A DNA stretch of 64,000 nt. Source: Acidimicrobiia bacterium (lineage in GTDB: Bacteria; Actinomycetota; Acidimicrobiia; IMCC26256; JAMXLJ01). Position numbers and translations under genes: made by a program. The stretch is taken from positions 763 to 64,762 of the forward strand of contig JAMXLJ010000115.1 of NCBI GenBank assembly GCA_024281095.1, read 5' to 3'. Every line of letters begins with the position of its first letter. Position 1 is the first letter of the stretch. Below the pieces are notes generated by a model. It saw only the letters and a program-made list of their open reading frames with translations. It searched no databases and was not told the origin of the DNA. Shown here in pieces: positions 8,256 to 17,284 of this stretch.

Positions 8256-9653
8256 TCAGCCCGACGGCAGCGGCACCGCGTCCGCCGCTTCGGGCGCGGT
8301 CGCCTCGGGCAGCGTTGCATCCCGGCGGCGCCGTCGTATGCGTTCCACGAACGCGTCGAGCGCGACGGCGGCGAGGATGACGACGGAAGCCTGCGCGGCG
8401 GCCCGGTAACGCTGCTCGGCGAACGTCAGGGTGACCGCGATCATGACGGTGGCCGGGAACGCGAGCAACGGGAACAGCGGGACCCGGGGGCGGCGCCGTC
8501 GCAGCACGAACACGCCGATGATCGCGAGCAGCGCGCCGAGCCAGAACGTCCAGATGACCATCAACGCGACGACGTACCCCTCGCTCCGGTAGAGGAAGTT
8601 CAGCCGGATCTCCTGGAACGGCTCGAAGACTTCGAGGACCCGGCCCCAACGCGCCAGCACCACGATCGGAACGCGATCGAGATGGTCGGAGGCGTACTTG
8701 AGCGCGTAGTGCCGGAGATGCGGGTCGGCCTCGACGTCGTTCATCGTCGGTGGGATGTGTTCCGTCGTCGCCTTCTGTAGGCAGCCGTACGACTTGAAGC
8801 CGATCAGCCTGCCGTAATACGTCTCGTGGCAGTTGGCTGCGGCAGCGGTCCTGCCGTAGTTGGTGGACAGGCCCACCGGCTGGTCGAAGCGCACGCGGTT
8901 GAAGATGAGCCATGGCGACACCACGACGAGCGCGCAGAGGCCGCCGGCGACGAGCCGTTGCAGGCGCTGTCGGAGATCGGCGCGCCCGGCGATCAACACC
9001 GCGGGCACCAGGACGAAGACGCAGGTGAGGAGCAGTTCCGAGCGCGCGAGGGTCGCGAGCCCGCACCACGCGCCAAGCCACATCGCGCGCCGCAGCGACG
9101 GCTGCTTCCAATATCGGTACGCGAACAGGATCACCCCTGCGGCGGTGAAGATCGCGGTCGACTCCGACATCAGCTGACCGTCGATCATCCACATGTTCGG
9201 GTCGACCGCCGCGATTCCGGCGGCGAGCAGGCCGAGGCGGACGCCACCGAGCTCGCCGCGGATCTGGCCTCCGATCTCACGCCCGGCGAGGCCGCACAGC
9301 AGCACCGACCCGGTGCCGAGCACGCACGTCCACAGCATGAGGGTGAGCTGCGAGGCGCCCTTGCCCGGGTCGAGCAGGGTCGCGATCGTCAAGTACGCGA
9401 TGTAGAGCGGGGGGTGGTCGGCGACCTGCACGAACTGCCACTTGCTGTTGAGCTGCACCCACCCGAGGCCCCCCGCGAGATTGTTCGCGGTGCTTTGGTA
9501 GATCATCGGGTCGCCCCCGAAGGGGAGATGGTGCTGTTGCAGCAGCACGTAGACGATCCGGATTGCCAGCCCGACCGCACACAGGATCGCGAGCCAGACC
9601 CTGAACCGTGCCCCTGTGGTCGATCGGCGCCGCGTGAGCCCCCACGCTTGCAC
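8256..9653 (-). CDS. GT-C fold polytopic glycosyltransferase (family 39/83, ArnT/PMT_2-like)
   Basis: ORF 8256..9653 (465 aa) with roughly 11 hydrophobic segments. The first loop reads GGDPMIYQSTANNLAGGLGW...VADHPPLYIAYL; the HPPL-type motif is typical of the PMT_2/ArnT family. Confidence 0.75.
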   Translation of the reverse strand: MQAWGLTRRRSTTGARFRVWLAILCAVGLAIRIVYVLLQQHHLPFGGDPMIYQSTANNLAGGLGWVQLNSKWQFVQVADHPPLYIAYLTIATLLDPGKGASQLTLMLWTCVLGTGSVLLCGLAGREIGGQIRGELGGVRLGLLAAGIAAVDPNMWMIDGQLMSESTAIFTAAGVILFAYRYWKQPSLRRAMWLGAWCGLATLARSELLLTCVFVLVPAVLIAGRADLRQRLQRLVAGGLCALVVVSPWLIFNRVRFDQPVGLSTNYGRTAAAANCHETYYGRLIGFKSYGCLQKATTEHIPPTMNDVEADPHLRHYALKYASDHLDRVPIVVLARWGRVLEVFEPFQEIRLNFLYRSEGYVVALMVIWTFWLGALLAIIGVFVLRRRRPRVPLFPLLAFPATVMIAVTLTFAEQRYRAAAQASVVILAAVALDAFVERIRRRRRDATLPEATAPEAADAVPLPSG

Positions 9654-9737
9654 GCCCGAACGTTATCGCCGGACGCCGACGCGGAGAACCTCGGGCGGTG
9701 AAGATTCCATGGCGGCCGTCTCACCGTTCTGCGCGCC

Positions 9738-10751
9738 GTGGGGAACACGGCGCGCCACGGCGCAGTAGCCTTCGAGGGAACCGTTCGGCGTTCGGGAGTG
9801 CTCGTGTCGGGGTCACACGAGAGGTTGTACCTGGAGCTCGCAGATCCCGACGCGCTGGATGTGACTGTCGTGCTCCCCGTGTTCAACGAGCGCGGCCACA
9901 TTCACCAGGAGATCCGGCGGATCCGCACCGCGCTCGACGCGTCCCCGTATTCGTACGAGATCATCGTCGTCGACGATGGATCGAGCGACGGCTCGGCCGA
10001 AGAGTTGCGCCAGGTCGCCGAGCAGCTCGAGTTCCGGTTGATCGTGTTCACGCACAACCGTGGTTCCGGCTCGGCCCGCAAGGTCGGCACGCGAGCAGCC
10101 CGTGGGCGGGTGGTCGTGTGGACCGACGCGGACATGACGTATCCGAACGAAGACATTCCTCAACTGGTGAAGGAGCTGGAGGGCTCCGACCAGGTTGTCG
10201 GCGCGCGGACGTCGGAGCAGGGCACCCTCAAGTTCTTCCGTGTTCCTGCGAAGTGGCTGATTCGGCGGCTCGCGAGCTATCTCGTCGCCACCGACATTCC
10301 GGATCTCAACTCCGGCTTGCGTGCGTTCCGCGCCGACGTGGCGCGGCAGTACCTGCACCTGCTGCCGCCCGGCTTTTCGTGTGTCACGACGATCACGATG
10401 GCGTTCCTGGCAAACGGCTATTCGGTGAAGTACGTCCCCATCGAATACTCGCCACGAGCCGGGAAGTCGAAGTTCCACTGGTGGCGCGACACGAAGAACT
10501 ACCTCACGCAGGTCGTGCGGATGGTGTTGTCGTACAAACCGCTGCGCGTCTTCATGCCGGCATCGTTGACCCTGTTCGCGATCGCGTCGGCCAAGCTCGG
10601 GTTCGACTGGTGGGATCGAAACTTCCGCCTGGCCGCCAACACGCTGCTGATCTTCTTCGCGGCCATGGTGTTGCTCGCCATCGGGCTCCTAGCGGACCTC
10701 ATCGTGCGTCTCGCCGCGCCTCATGACGAGGTCGCGCCCGCGTCGATGTGA
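9738..10751 (+). CDS. GT2 polyprenol-phosphate glycosyltransferase (GtrB/Ppm1/ArnC-like) with two C-terminal TM helices
   Basis: ORF 9738..10751. Motifs: VVLPVFNERGHI...YEIIVVDDGSSDGS...NRGSGSARKVG...VVWTDADMTYP (GT-A DxD), then two C-terminal TM helices. An alternative start is GTG at 9798. The gene is divergent from the GT-C gene across an 84-bp gap. Confidence 0.85.
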   Translation: MGNTARHGAVAFEGTVRRSGVLVSGSHERLYLELADPDALDVTVVLPVFNERGHIHQEIRRIRTALDASPYSYEIIVVDDGSSDGSAEELRQVAEQLEFRLIVFTHNRGSGSARKVGTRAARGRVVVWTDADMTYPNEDIPQLVKELEGSDQVVGARTSEQGTLKFFRVPAKWLIRRLASYLVATDIPDLNSGLRAFRADVARQYLHLLPPGFSCVTTITMAFLANGYSVKYVPIEYSPRAGKSKFHWWRDTKNYLTQVVRMVLSYKPLRVFMPASLTLFAIASAKLGFDWWDRNFRLAANTLLIFFAAMVLLAIGLLADLIVRLAAPHDEVAPASM

Positions 10752-11359
10752 CCGCCACCCGCGCCGACATCCCCACGGGCAACGTGTACGACAAGTACAC
10801 GACGGCGAACCCGATCGAACGCCGCCTGATGGCTCGGTTCCTCGAGCGACTCGACCGGTCGTTGCCGTCGGAGCCGCCGGCCCGGATCCTCGAGGTCGGG
10901 GTCGGGGAGGGCGAGGTCGCCGCACGCGTCGGCGCCCGCTACGCGGCCGCGTTCGTCGCCGGACTCGACCTGCCCGATCCCGCGCTCGCCGACGGATGGC
11001 GCCGGCGCGGACTTCCGGGCGCGTTCGGCGACATCGCGGCGCTGCCATTCCCGGACCGGTCCTTCGATCTCGTGTTGGCGATCGAGGTGCTCGAGCACGT
11101 CCCGCGTCCGGAGGAGGCCATGCGCGAGCTCGCACGCGTGGCCCGTCGGGACGTGGTCCTGTCGGTGCCGTGGGAACCGCTCTGGCGCGTCGCCAACATT
11201 GCGAGAGGCAAGTACTGGCGCGACGTCGGCAATACGCCAGGACACGTTCAGCACTGGACACGGCGGGGCTTCGTGGCCCTCGTGGGCCGCGAGCTCGAGG
11301 TCACGGCGGTGCACAACCCACCCCCGTGGACCATGGTCGCCGCGCGGCGACGACCCTAG
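10748..11359 (+). CDS. Class I SAM-dependent methyltransferase (Methyltransf_11 type)
   Basis: ORF 10748..11359. It has ILEVGVGEGEV (SAM motif I) and FDLVLAIEVLEHVPRPEEAMRELARVARRDVVLSVP. Its GTG start overlaps the GT2 stop by 4 nt (GTGA at 10748-10751). Confidence 0.85.
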   Translation: MTATRADIPTGNVYDKYTTANPIERRLMARFLERLDRSLPSEPPARILEVGVGEGEVAARVGARYAAAFVAGLDLPDPALADGWRRRGLPGAFGDIAALPFPDRSFDLVLAIEVLEHVPRPEEAMRELARVARRDVVLSVPWEPLWRVANIARGKYWRDVGNTPGHVQHWTRRGFVALVGRELEVTAVHNPPPWTMVAARRRP

Positions 11360-12330
11360 GCCCGGCGGGGCCCGGCCTCGGCAGCGGTGTCCCCGACCGC
11401 AGGCGGCGCTGCCGCCGTGCGTGACGCTCGCCGCAGCAGCAGTGCGGCGACGGCGGCACCGGCCGTGTCGGCGAGCATGAACGCCAGACGAGCCGTGATC
11501 GCGATCGCTCCGCGGGTGCCGGCCGGCAGCGCGCCGCCGACCAACGCCACGAACACCGCTTCGCGCACGCCGATGCCGCCCGGCACGGGAACCAGCACGA
11601 ATCCGACGACCCACGACAGCACCGCGGCGGGCGCGATCGTGAGCCAGGAGGCCTGCGGCGAGAAGGCACGCGCGATGCACCACGTCGACGTGCCGACGAG
11701 AAGCCAGCTCGGCACGTACTCCACGACGAGTCGCAGCGACGCCGACCAGCGCGGGATCGTGATGTCCAGGTCACGGTGCAGGATCCGCTCGGCCCGTGCC
11801 GCGAGCCACGCCAGCGGGCGGTGGTGGAGCAGCCCGAGCCCCACGGGGAGCAGCACGAGAACCCACAGCCATGCCGTGGTGCCCGCGCGCGCGAACCGCA
11901 GAGGCAGGAGCAATGTCGACAGCAACATCGCGGAGAGGTACAGCGCCCCGAGGGACAGCGCCACACTCGCGTACGCGGAGGCGCGTGGAACACCGCCTCG
12001 CCGCGCGAGCTCGGCTCGGCCCACGACCGGCCAGATCCCACCGGGCACGTACTTGCCGATCTCGCCGAGGAAGTACCACACGAGCGTCGCGCCCACGGGC
12101 ACTTCCACGCCGAGCAGCGCGAGCGCACGCCGCCACGGCAGCGCCATGGCGACCATCGCGGCGCCGGCGAGCAGGGCACCGGCGATCAGCCAGCCGGGCC
12201 GCGCGCTCCCGAGCGTGCTTCGCACGTCGCTCCACTGGTTCGCGATCGCCCGCACGACGAAGAATCCGCCGGCCGCCGCGATCAGCAGGCCGGCGGCCGT
12301 GCTCAGCTGGGCGAGCCGGGCCCGCTTCAC
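11356..12330 (-). CDS. Flippase-like / lysylphosphatidylglycerol-synthase-TM-region family membrane protein (UPF0104)
   Basis: ORF 11356..12483. It has the family hallmark LGEIGKYVPGGIWPVVGRAEL and, later, VPVPGGIGVREAVFVALV. I take GTG at 12330 as the start because it overlaps the upstream kinase stop by 4 nt (GTGA); the upstream 51 codons are Arg-rich. Confidence 0.8.
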   Translation of the reverse strand: MKRARLAQLSTAAGLLIAAAGGFFVVRAIANQWSDVRSTLGSARPGWLIAGALLAGAAMVAMALPWRRALALLGVEVPVGATLVWYFLGEIGKYVPGGIWPVVGRAELARRGGVPRASAYASVALSLGALYLSAMLLSTLLLPLRFARAGTTAWLWVLVLLPVGLGLLHHRPLAWLAARAERILHRDLDITIPRWSASLRLVVEYVPSWLLVGTSTWCIARAFSPQASWLTIAPAAVLSWVVGFVLVPVPGGIGVREAVFVALVGGALPAGTRGAIAITARLAFMLADTAGAAVAALLLRRASRTAAAPPAVGDTAAEAGPRRA

Positions 12331-13757
12331 GCGCCGTAGTACGCGCTTGCCCGGTTGCTCGCGGTGCGGTTGACCACCACGCCGACGACGTTCGCGCCAC
12401 CTCGCTCGAGCGACTCGATGGTGGCGCGCACCGCGCGCTTGCGGCTGGTCTTGATGTCGACCACGAAGATGGTGCCGTCGCACTGCGACGCAACGGCCAT
12501 CGCGTCGGCATAGGGCTCACCGGGCGGGGTGTCGACCACGACGAGACGTACGGCCCGCAGGCCTTCGAGCACCTGACGGAACGCGCGTGCTCCGAGCACA
12601 CCCGACGGGTCGTCGACCGGTGCGCCGGAGGGCAGGATGCGTAGGAACGGGCTGGAGTCGTTGCGGCGGAGCACCGTGTTGAGATCCGCGCCTTGCAGCA
12701 CGGCGGACAAGCCCGGTGCACGCGGCACGCCCAGACGGTCGTGAACAGTGGGCTGTCGCAGGTCGGCGTCGACGAGCACGACGCGCTCGTCGATCGCGGC
12801 CACGGCCTGAGCGAGCTGCACGGCGACGAAGGTCTTGCCGGCACCCCGATTCGCGCTGACGACGGCCAACGTGCGGGGTTTCCCCGAACCCTCGAGGAAC
12901 ATGAGGTTGGTGCGAAGCACGCGGAAGGCCTCGACCGTGTCGGCGCCGGTGCCTTCGGGGATGCGCGCGAGCACCTGCAATCCCGCGAGCGTCGTGACGT
13001 CCGCCGTGCTCTCCGTCGCCGAGAACCGGTCGCTGATCCTTCGCAGCACGACGGTTCCCTCGGCGATGAGCACGAGACCGATGACGAAGGCGATGAGGGC
13101 GTCGAAGAAGGGCCGCGGCGCGACGGGTGTCGACGACGCCATCGGCGGCGACGCGTAGTCGACGCGGTTCTTGGGCTGCGCCAGGCGTGTGTACAGGGCC
13201 TGGGTCGCGGTGCCGATGTCGGCCTGCACCGTGGCGGCCTGAGGATCGGCGGGCCGCAGCGCGTTCAGCTCCTTGTTGAGGTTGTCGATGTTCAGCTGGA
13301 GCCCGACGAGCTCGGTGTATGCCTGGTTGGCCTGTTGCCCGCGTACCGCTTCGACGAGCGCCTCGCTCTCGGCTCGGGCGAGATCCACGGCGTCCAGTGG
13401 TGAAGTGCCGGTCGCGGTGACCGTCAAGAACGCGGTCTGGCCGTCCTGGCCGACCGAGAGCCGGTTGATGACGCTGTCGAAGCTGTCCCGGCTGAAGCCG
13501 TACCGCTTCCAGGCATCCCCCATGACCGGTATCGACCCGGCGAGCGTGACGTAGGTCTGCGCGAGGAAGTTGGTGTCGCCCGTGTTCGTCAGGCTCACCG
13601 ATTCGCGGCCCGACACGACCATCAGCTGTGCCGATGCGGAGTACTGCTTCGGCTTGCGCATGTCGTTCGCGAACACGACGGCGGCGAGGAGCAGCGCCAA
13701 CAGCAGGATGCGGCGCCGGTTCTGCACGATCGTCTGAACGTGTTGGGCCGCATCCAC
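12327..13757 (-). CDS. Polysaccharide co-polymerase (Wzz domain) fused to a BY-kinase-type P-loop ATPase
   Basis: ORF 12327..14171. The N-terminal part has TM-anchored Wzz-like and coiled-coil regions. The C-terminal part has Walker A VSANRGAGKTFV, Walker A' VVLVDADLRQP and Walker B LVVVDTPP, with the tail ending ...SAYYGA. The start is either GTG at 13757 or ATG at 13826; anything further upstream is antisense to the flavin reductase gene. Confidence 0.8.
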   Translation of the reverse strand: MDAAQHVQTIVQNRRRILLLALLLAAVVFANDMRKPKQYSASAQLMVVSGRESVSLTNTGDTNFLAQTYVTLAGSIPVMGDAWKRYGFSRDSFDSVINRLSVGQDGQTAFLTVTATGTSPLDAVDLARAESEALVEAVRGQQANQAYTELVGLQLNIDNLNKELNALRPADPQAATVQADIGTATQALYTRLAQPKNRVDYASPPMASSTPVAPRPFFDALIAFVIGLVLIAEGTVVLRRISDRFSATESTADVTTLAGLQVLARIPEGTGADTVEAFRVLRTNLMFLEGSGKPRTLAVVSANRGAGKTFVAVQLAQAVAAIDERVVLVDADLRQPTVHDRLGVPRAPGLSAVLQGADLNTVLRRNDSSPFLRILPSGAPVDDPSGVLGARAFRQVLEGLRAVRLVVVDTPPGEPYADAMAVASQCDGTIFVVDIKTSRKRAVRATIESLERGGANVVGVVVNRTASNRASAYYGA

Positions 13758-13803
13758 GACCCGCCATTGTACGAAGTCGGGTCGCCGGAGGGCCGCGCCT
13801 CTT

Positions 13804-14373
13804 GTGGCGTTAGCCTTCCCGCTCATGCCGGTGAGCGAAGGCCCGATCGGGCCGTTTCCCGAGGGTGCCGAGCCCGCCGAGTACGACAAGCTCCGGCGCC
13901 GCGTCTTCTGGAAGATGCCGTCGGGGCTCTTCGCGGTCGGATCGCGTTCGGGAGACGGCACGCGGCGCAACATGATGACGCTGAACTGGGCGACCCAGAT
14001 CAGCTCGGATCCCAAGCTGCTCGGCATCGCGGTCGAGAAGCCGGCGCTCACGCACGATCTGATCGCCGACAGCCGGGTCTTCACCCTGAACCTGATCGAC
14101 CGCGAAGACCGCGCCATCGTGCGGAAGTTCACCAAGCCGGTCGAGGTCGACTCCGACGAGCGGACACTCAACGGCTTCGCATACCACGACGGCCGAACCG
14201 GGGCGCCGATCCTCGACCAGGCTGTCGCGTTCCTCGAGTGCGAGGTTCGTCACGAGCTCGACACAGGCAGCCACACGTTCTTCGCGGGCGAGGTCGTGGC
14301 CGCCGCGTTCCAGCGCGACGAGGAGACGGCGGTGCTCCGCATGGAGGACACCCGCATGAACTACGGCGGCTGA
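13804..14373 (+). CDS. Flavin reductase-like domain protein (NAD(P)H:FMN oxidoreductase family)
   Basis: ORF 13804..14373. It reads FWKMPSGLFAVGSRSGDGTRRNMMTLNWATQIS...GIAVEK...FTLNLIDRED, the Flavin_Reduct pattern. An alternative start is ATG at 13825. Confidence 0.85.
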   Translation: MALAFPLMPVSEGPIGPFPEGAEPAEYDKLRRRVFWKMPSGLFAVGSRSGDGTRRNMMTLNWATQISSDPKLLGIAVEKPALTHDLIADSRVFTLNLIDREDRAIVRKFTKPVEVDSDERTLNGFAYHDGRTGAPILDQAVAFLECEVRHELDTGSHTFFAGEVVAAAFQRDEETAVLRMEDTRMNYGG

Positions 14374-14400
14374 CGGGAGTCACCACTACGATCACCGGCC

Positions 14401-15435
14401 ATGGCGACGAGCGCCCGAGCCCGCAGCGCATCGGGGCCGCGGGCCGGGCTCCTACGGAACTGGGCCTACGTGCTGCGCACGACCAACCCGCCGCCCGGTC
14501 GGGTCGATCCGGTGTCCCGGTGGCTGGTGCTCACCCGTGCCGCCGTGTTGCCGATGACCATCACCGCCGCACTGATCGCCGGGATCCTCGCGTGGTGGCT
14601 CCAACCCGACGAGGTGAGTGTCGGTTGGTGGTTGCTCGCGAGCGTCGGGATCGTGCTCGCTCATGTGGCCAACAACCTCATGAACGACTTGTTCGACCTC
14701 GAGGTCGGCACCGACTCCGAGCGGTATCCGCGTGCGTTGTACGCGCCACACCCGGTGCTGTCCGGAATGATCACGCGTCGCGGCCTGTTGCGGGCCGCGC
14801 TCTTCGTCAACGTGCTCGACCTCTTCATCCTGATCGCGCTGTTCGTCGCGCGCGGCTGGCCGGTTGTCGCGTTCGCGCTCGGCGGCTTCCTGTTGTCGGC
14901 CGCGTACACCGCGCCGCCCCTTCGCTTGAAGAAGCACGGTCTCGGCGAGCCGACCGTCCTCGTCGTCTGGGGCCCGTTGATGGTGGGCGGCACGTACTAC
15001 GCCGCCACCGGGCACCTGCCGTGGGAAGCGGTCGCCGCGTCGTTCCCGTACGCGTTGTTGTGCACGACGGTGCTCATGGGCAAGCACATCGACAAGATCC
15101 CGTGGGACGCACCCGACGGTACCCACACCCTGCCGGTGCTGATGGGCGAAGGCGCGGCGCGCGTGCTGACCCAAACGATGATGGCCGCCTTCTACGTCCT
15201 CGTCATCGCGTTGGTCGTCGCGGGGGCGCTTCCGGTCCCGAGCGTGCTCGTGCTCCTCGCGCTGCCGCGGCTGGTTCCCGTGTGGAAGGCGTTCACGCGT
15301 CCGCGCCCCGCCGCGCCGCCCGACACGTGGCCGATCTGGCCGTTGTGGTTCGCCGGTCTCGCGTTCGCGCACACCCGACGAGCGGGCGCGCTGTTCGTGC
15401 TCGGGCTTGCGTTGGGCCTCGCCGTCGGCTGGTAG
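14401..15435 (+). CDS. UbiA-family aromatic prenyltransferase (MenA-like)
   Basis: ORF 14401..15435 with about 8 TM helices. It has the Asp-rich motif HVANNLMNDLFDLEVGTD and a second motif GKHIDKIPWDAPDGTHTLPVLMG. Confidence 0.85.
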   Translation: MATSARARSASGPRAGLLRNWAYVLRTTNPPPGRVDPVSRWLVLTRAAVLPMTITAALIAGILAWWLQPDEVSVGWWLLASVGIVLAHVANNLMNDLFDLEVGTDSERYPRALYAPHPVLSGMITRRGLLRAALFVNVLDLFILIALFVARGWPVVAFALGGFLLSAAYTAPPLRLKKHGLGEPTVLVVWGPLMVGGTYYAATGHLPWEAVAASFPYALLCTTVLMGKHIDKIPWDAPDGTHTLPVLMGEGAARVLTQTMMAAFYVLVIALVVAGALPVPSVLVLLALPRLVPVWKAFTRPRPAAPPDTWPIWPLWFAGLAFAHTRRAGALFVLGLALGLAVGW

Positions 15436-15505
15436 CCCTTTCGCTCCGGGCGCCCACCGACGACAATCTGCGCTCACCGGACTGGGACGCGGAGGGGACG
15501 CGGTG

Positions 15506-17143
15506 ATGACGCTCGAGAGCACGATGCAGGACTTCCCGCTCACGATCACGTCGATCTTGCGGCACGGTGCGAGCGTGCACGCCGCGAGCGAGGTCGTGAC
15601 GTTCGAGGGCGACGGGAGCCGGCGGGCGACGTTCGGCGAGGTCGCGACGCGCATCACACGGCTTGCGAGCGCGCTGCAGCAGCTCGGCATCGAGGCCGGC
15701 GACCGCGTCGGTACGTTCGGATGGAACACCCAGGAGCATCTCGAGGCCTATCTCGGGATTCCGTGCATGGGCGCGGTGTTGCACACGCTCAACATCCGCT
15801 TGTTCCCCGATCAGTTGACGTACGTGGTCAACCACGCCGAGGACCGTGTCGTCCTCGTCGACGACAACCTCGTCCCGTTGCTCGCGAAGGTCGCCGGTGA
15901 TCTGAAGACCGTCGAGCGTTTCGTAGTGATGGGCGACGGCGACGCGTCGGCGTTGCGCGACGTCCGTCCCGACGTGGACATCTTGCGCTACGAGGAATTG
16001 CTCGCCGGTGGCTCCGAGCAGTTCGACTGGCCCGAGCTCGACGAACGGTCGGCCGCGGCGATGTGCTACACGAGCGGCACCACAGGGAACCCGAAGGGCG
16101 TCGTCTACTCGCACCGGTCCAACGTGTTGCACTCGATGGCGGCGTGCATGGCCGGCTCGATGGCGGTGACCGAGGACGATCGCATCCTTCCGATCGTGCC
16201 GATGTTCCATGCGAACGCGTGGGGGCTGCCGTACGCGGGATGGATGTCCGGCGCCGACTTCGTCCTGCCGGCGCGCTTCCTGCAGGCCGCACCGCTGTGT
16301 CGCCTGATCGAGCGGGAGCGTCCGACGTTCTCCGGCGCGGTGCCGACGATCTGGGCCGACCTGTTGCGTTACTCCGAGGAGCATCCCGTCGATCTGTCGT
16401 CGATCCGCATGATCGTGTGTGGCGGATCCGCGGTGCCGCGCAGCCTGATCGAAGCGTTCCGCCAGAAGCACGACGTGCGGATCGTGCAGGCGTGGGGCAT
16501 GACCGAGACGAGCCCGCTCGCCGCGGTCGCGCACGCCCCGGCCGGCACGCCCGAAAGCGAGGAGATCGACTGGGCCGCGAAGACGGGGCGCATCGTGCCC
16601 GGTGTGGAGCTGCGCATCGTCGACGACGCGGGCAACGCGTTGCCGTGGGACGGCGAAGCGGTCGGGGAGATCGAGGTCCGCGGACCGTGGATCACCGGGG
16701 CGTACTACCGCGACCCCTCGCCCGAGAAATTCGACGACGGCTGGCTGCGCACCGGCGACGTCGGCTCGGTCGAGCCCAACGGCTTCATCCAGATCACCGA
16801 CCGCGCGAAGGACGTGATCAAGTCCGGCGGCGAGTGGATCTCTTCGGTGGAGCTCGAGGGCCATCTCATGGCGCACCCCGACGTCGTCGAGGCGAGCGTC
16901 GTCGGCGTGCCCGACCCGCGTTGGACGGAGCGGCCCCTCGCATGCGTGGTGCGCAAGCCGGGCTCCGACGTCACCGCGGCGGACCTGCGCGAGTTCCTCG
17001 CCACGCGCGTTGCCCACTGGCAGCTGCCGGAACGCTGGGCGTTCATCGACGAGGTGCCCAAGACGAGCGTCGGCAAGTTCGACAAGAAGGTGCTGCGCGC
17101 CCGTCACTCCGACGGCGAGCTCGCTGTCGAAGAGTTGCCGTAG
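15506..17143 (+). CDS. AMP-dependent acyl-CoA synthetase (long/medium-chain fatty acid-CoA ligase)
   Basis: ORF 15407..17143. I take ATG at 15506, preceded by GGAGGGG, as the start. Motifs: MCYTSGTTGNPKGVVYSH (AMP-binding), AWGMTETSP, TGDVGSVEPNGFIQITDRAKDVIKSGGEWISS. Confidence 0.9.
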   Translation: MTLESTMQDFPLTITSILRHGASVHAASEVVTFEGDGSRRATFGEVATRITRLASALQQLGIEAGDRVGTFGWNTQEHLEAYLGIPCMGAVLHTLNIRLFPDQLTYVVNHAEDRVVLVDDNLVPLLAKVAGDLKTVERFVVMGDGDASALRDVRPDVDILRYEELLAGGSEQFDWPELDERSAAAMCYTSGTTGNPKGVVYSHRSNVLHSMAACMAGSMAVTEDDRILPIVPMFHANAWGLPYAGWMSGADFVLPARFLQAAPLCRLIERERPTFSGAVPTIWADLLRYSEEHPVDLSSIRMIVCGGSAVPRSLIEAFRQKHDVRIVQAWGMTETSPLAAVAHAPAGTPESEEIDWAAKTGRIVPGVELRIVDDAGNALPWDGEAVGEIEVRGPWITGAYYRDPSPEKFDDGWLRTGDVGSVEPNGFIQITDRAKDVIKSGGEWISSVELEGHLMAHPDVVEASVVGVPDPRWTERPLACVVRKPGSDVTAADLREFLATRVAHWQLPERWAFIDEVPKTSVGKFDKKVLRARHSDGELAVEELP

Positions 17144-17152
17144 TTGGGCGGG

Positions 17153-17226
17153 GGCGGGGGTCGGACCCGACTCCGCTCCAGGCGCCGTTCGGCGAACGTT
17201 CCGCGGAGCCGGGTCCGACCCCCGCC
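17153..17226. terminator. Bidirectional terminator-type hairpin between convergent genes
   Basis: A perfect 17-bp inverted repeat, GGCGGGGGTCGGACCCG (17153-17169) and CGGGTCCGACCCCCGCC (17210-17226), encloses an inner stem CTCCGC/GCGGAG. It lies between the fadD-like stop (17143) and the DMT-like stop (17285). There is no U-tract, as is common in high-GC actinobacteria. Confidence 0.6.
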
Positions 17227-17284
17227 TCAGTCAGGCGTCCACGCGTGTTCGCGAGCTCGTCGTCGGAGCGACGGGGCTTGGTTG

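Noticed and set aside
17153-17226. Reading the 17-bp perfect inverted repeat as the ends of a MITE or IS remnant.
   Set aside because: The arms are only 40 nt apart and have no flanking direct repeats or transposase. The position exactly between two convergent stop codons fits an intrinsic-type bidirectional terminator better.
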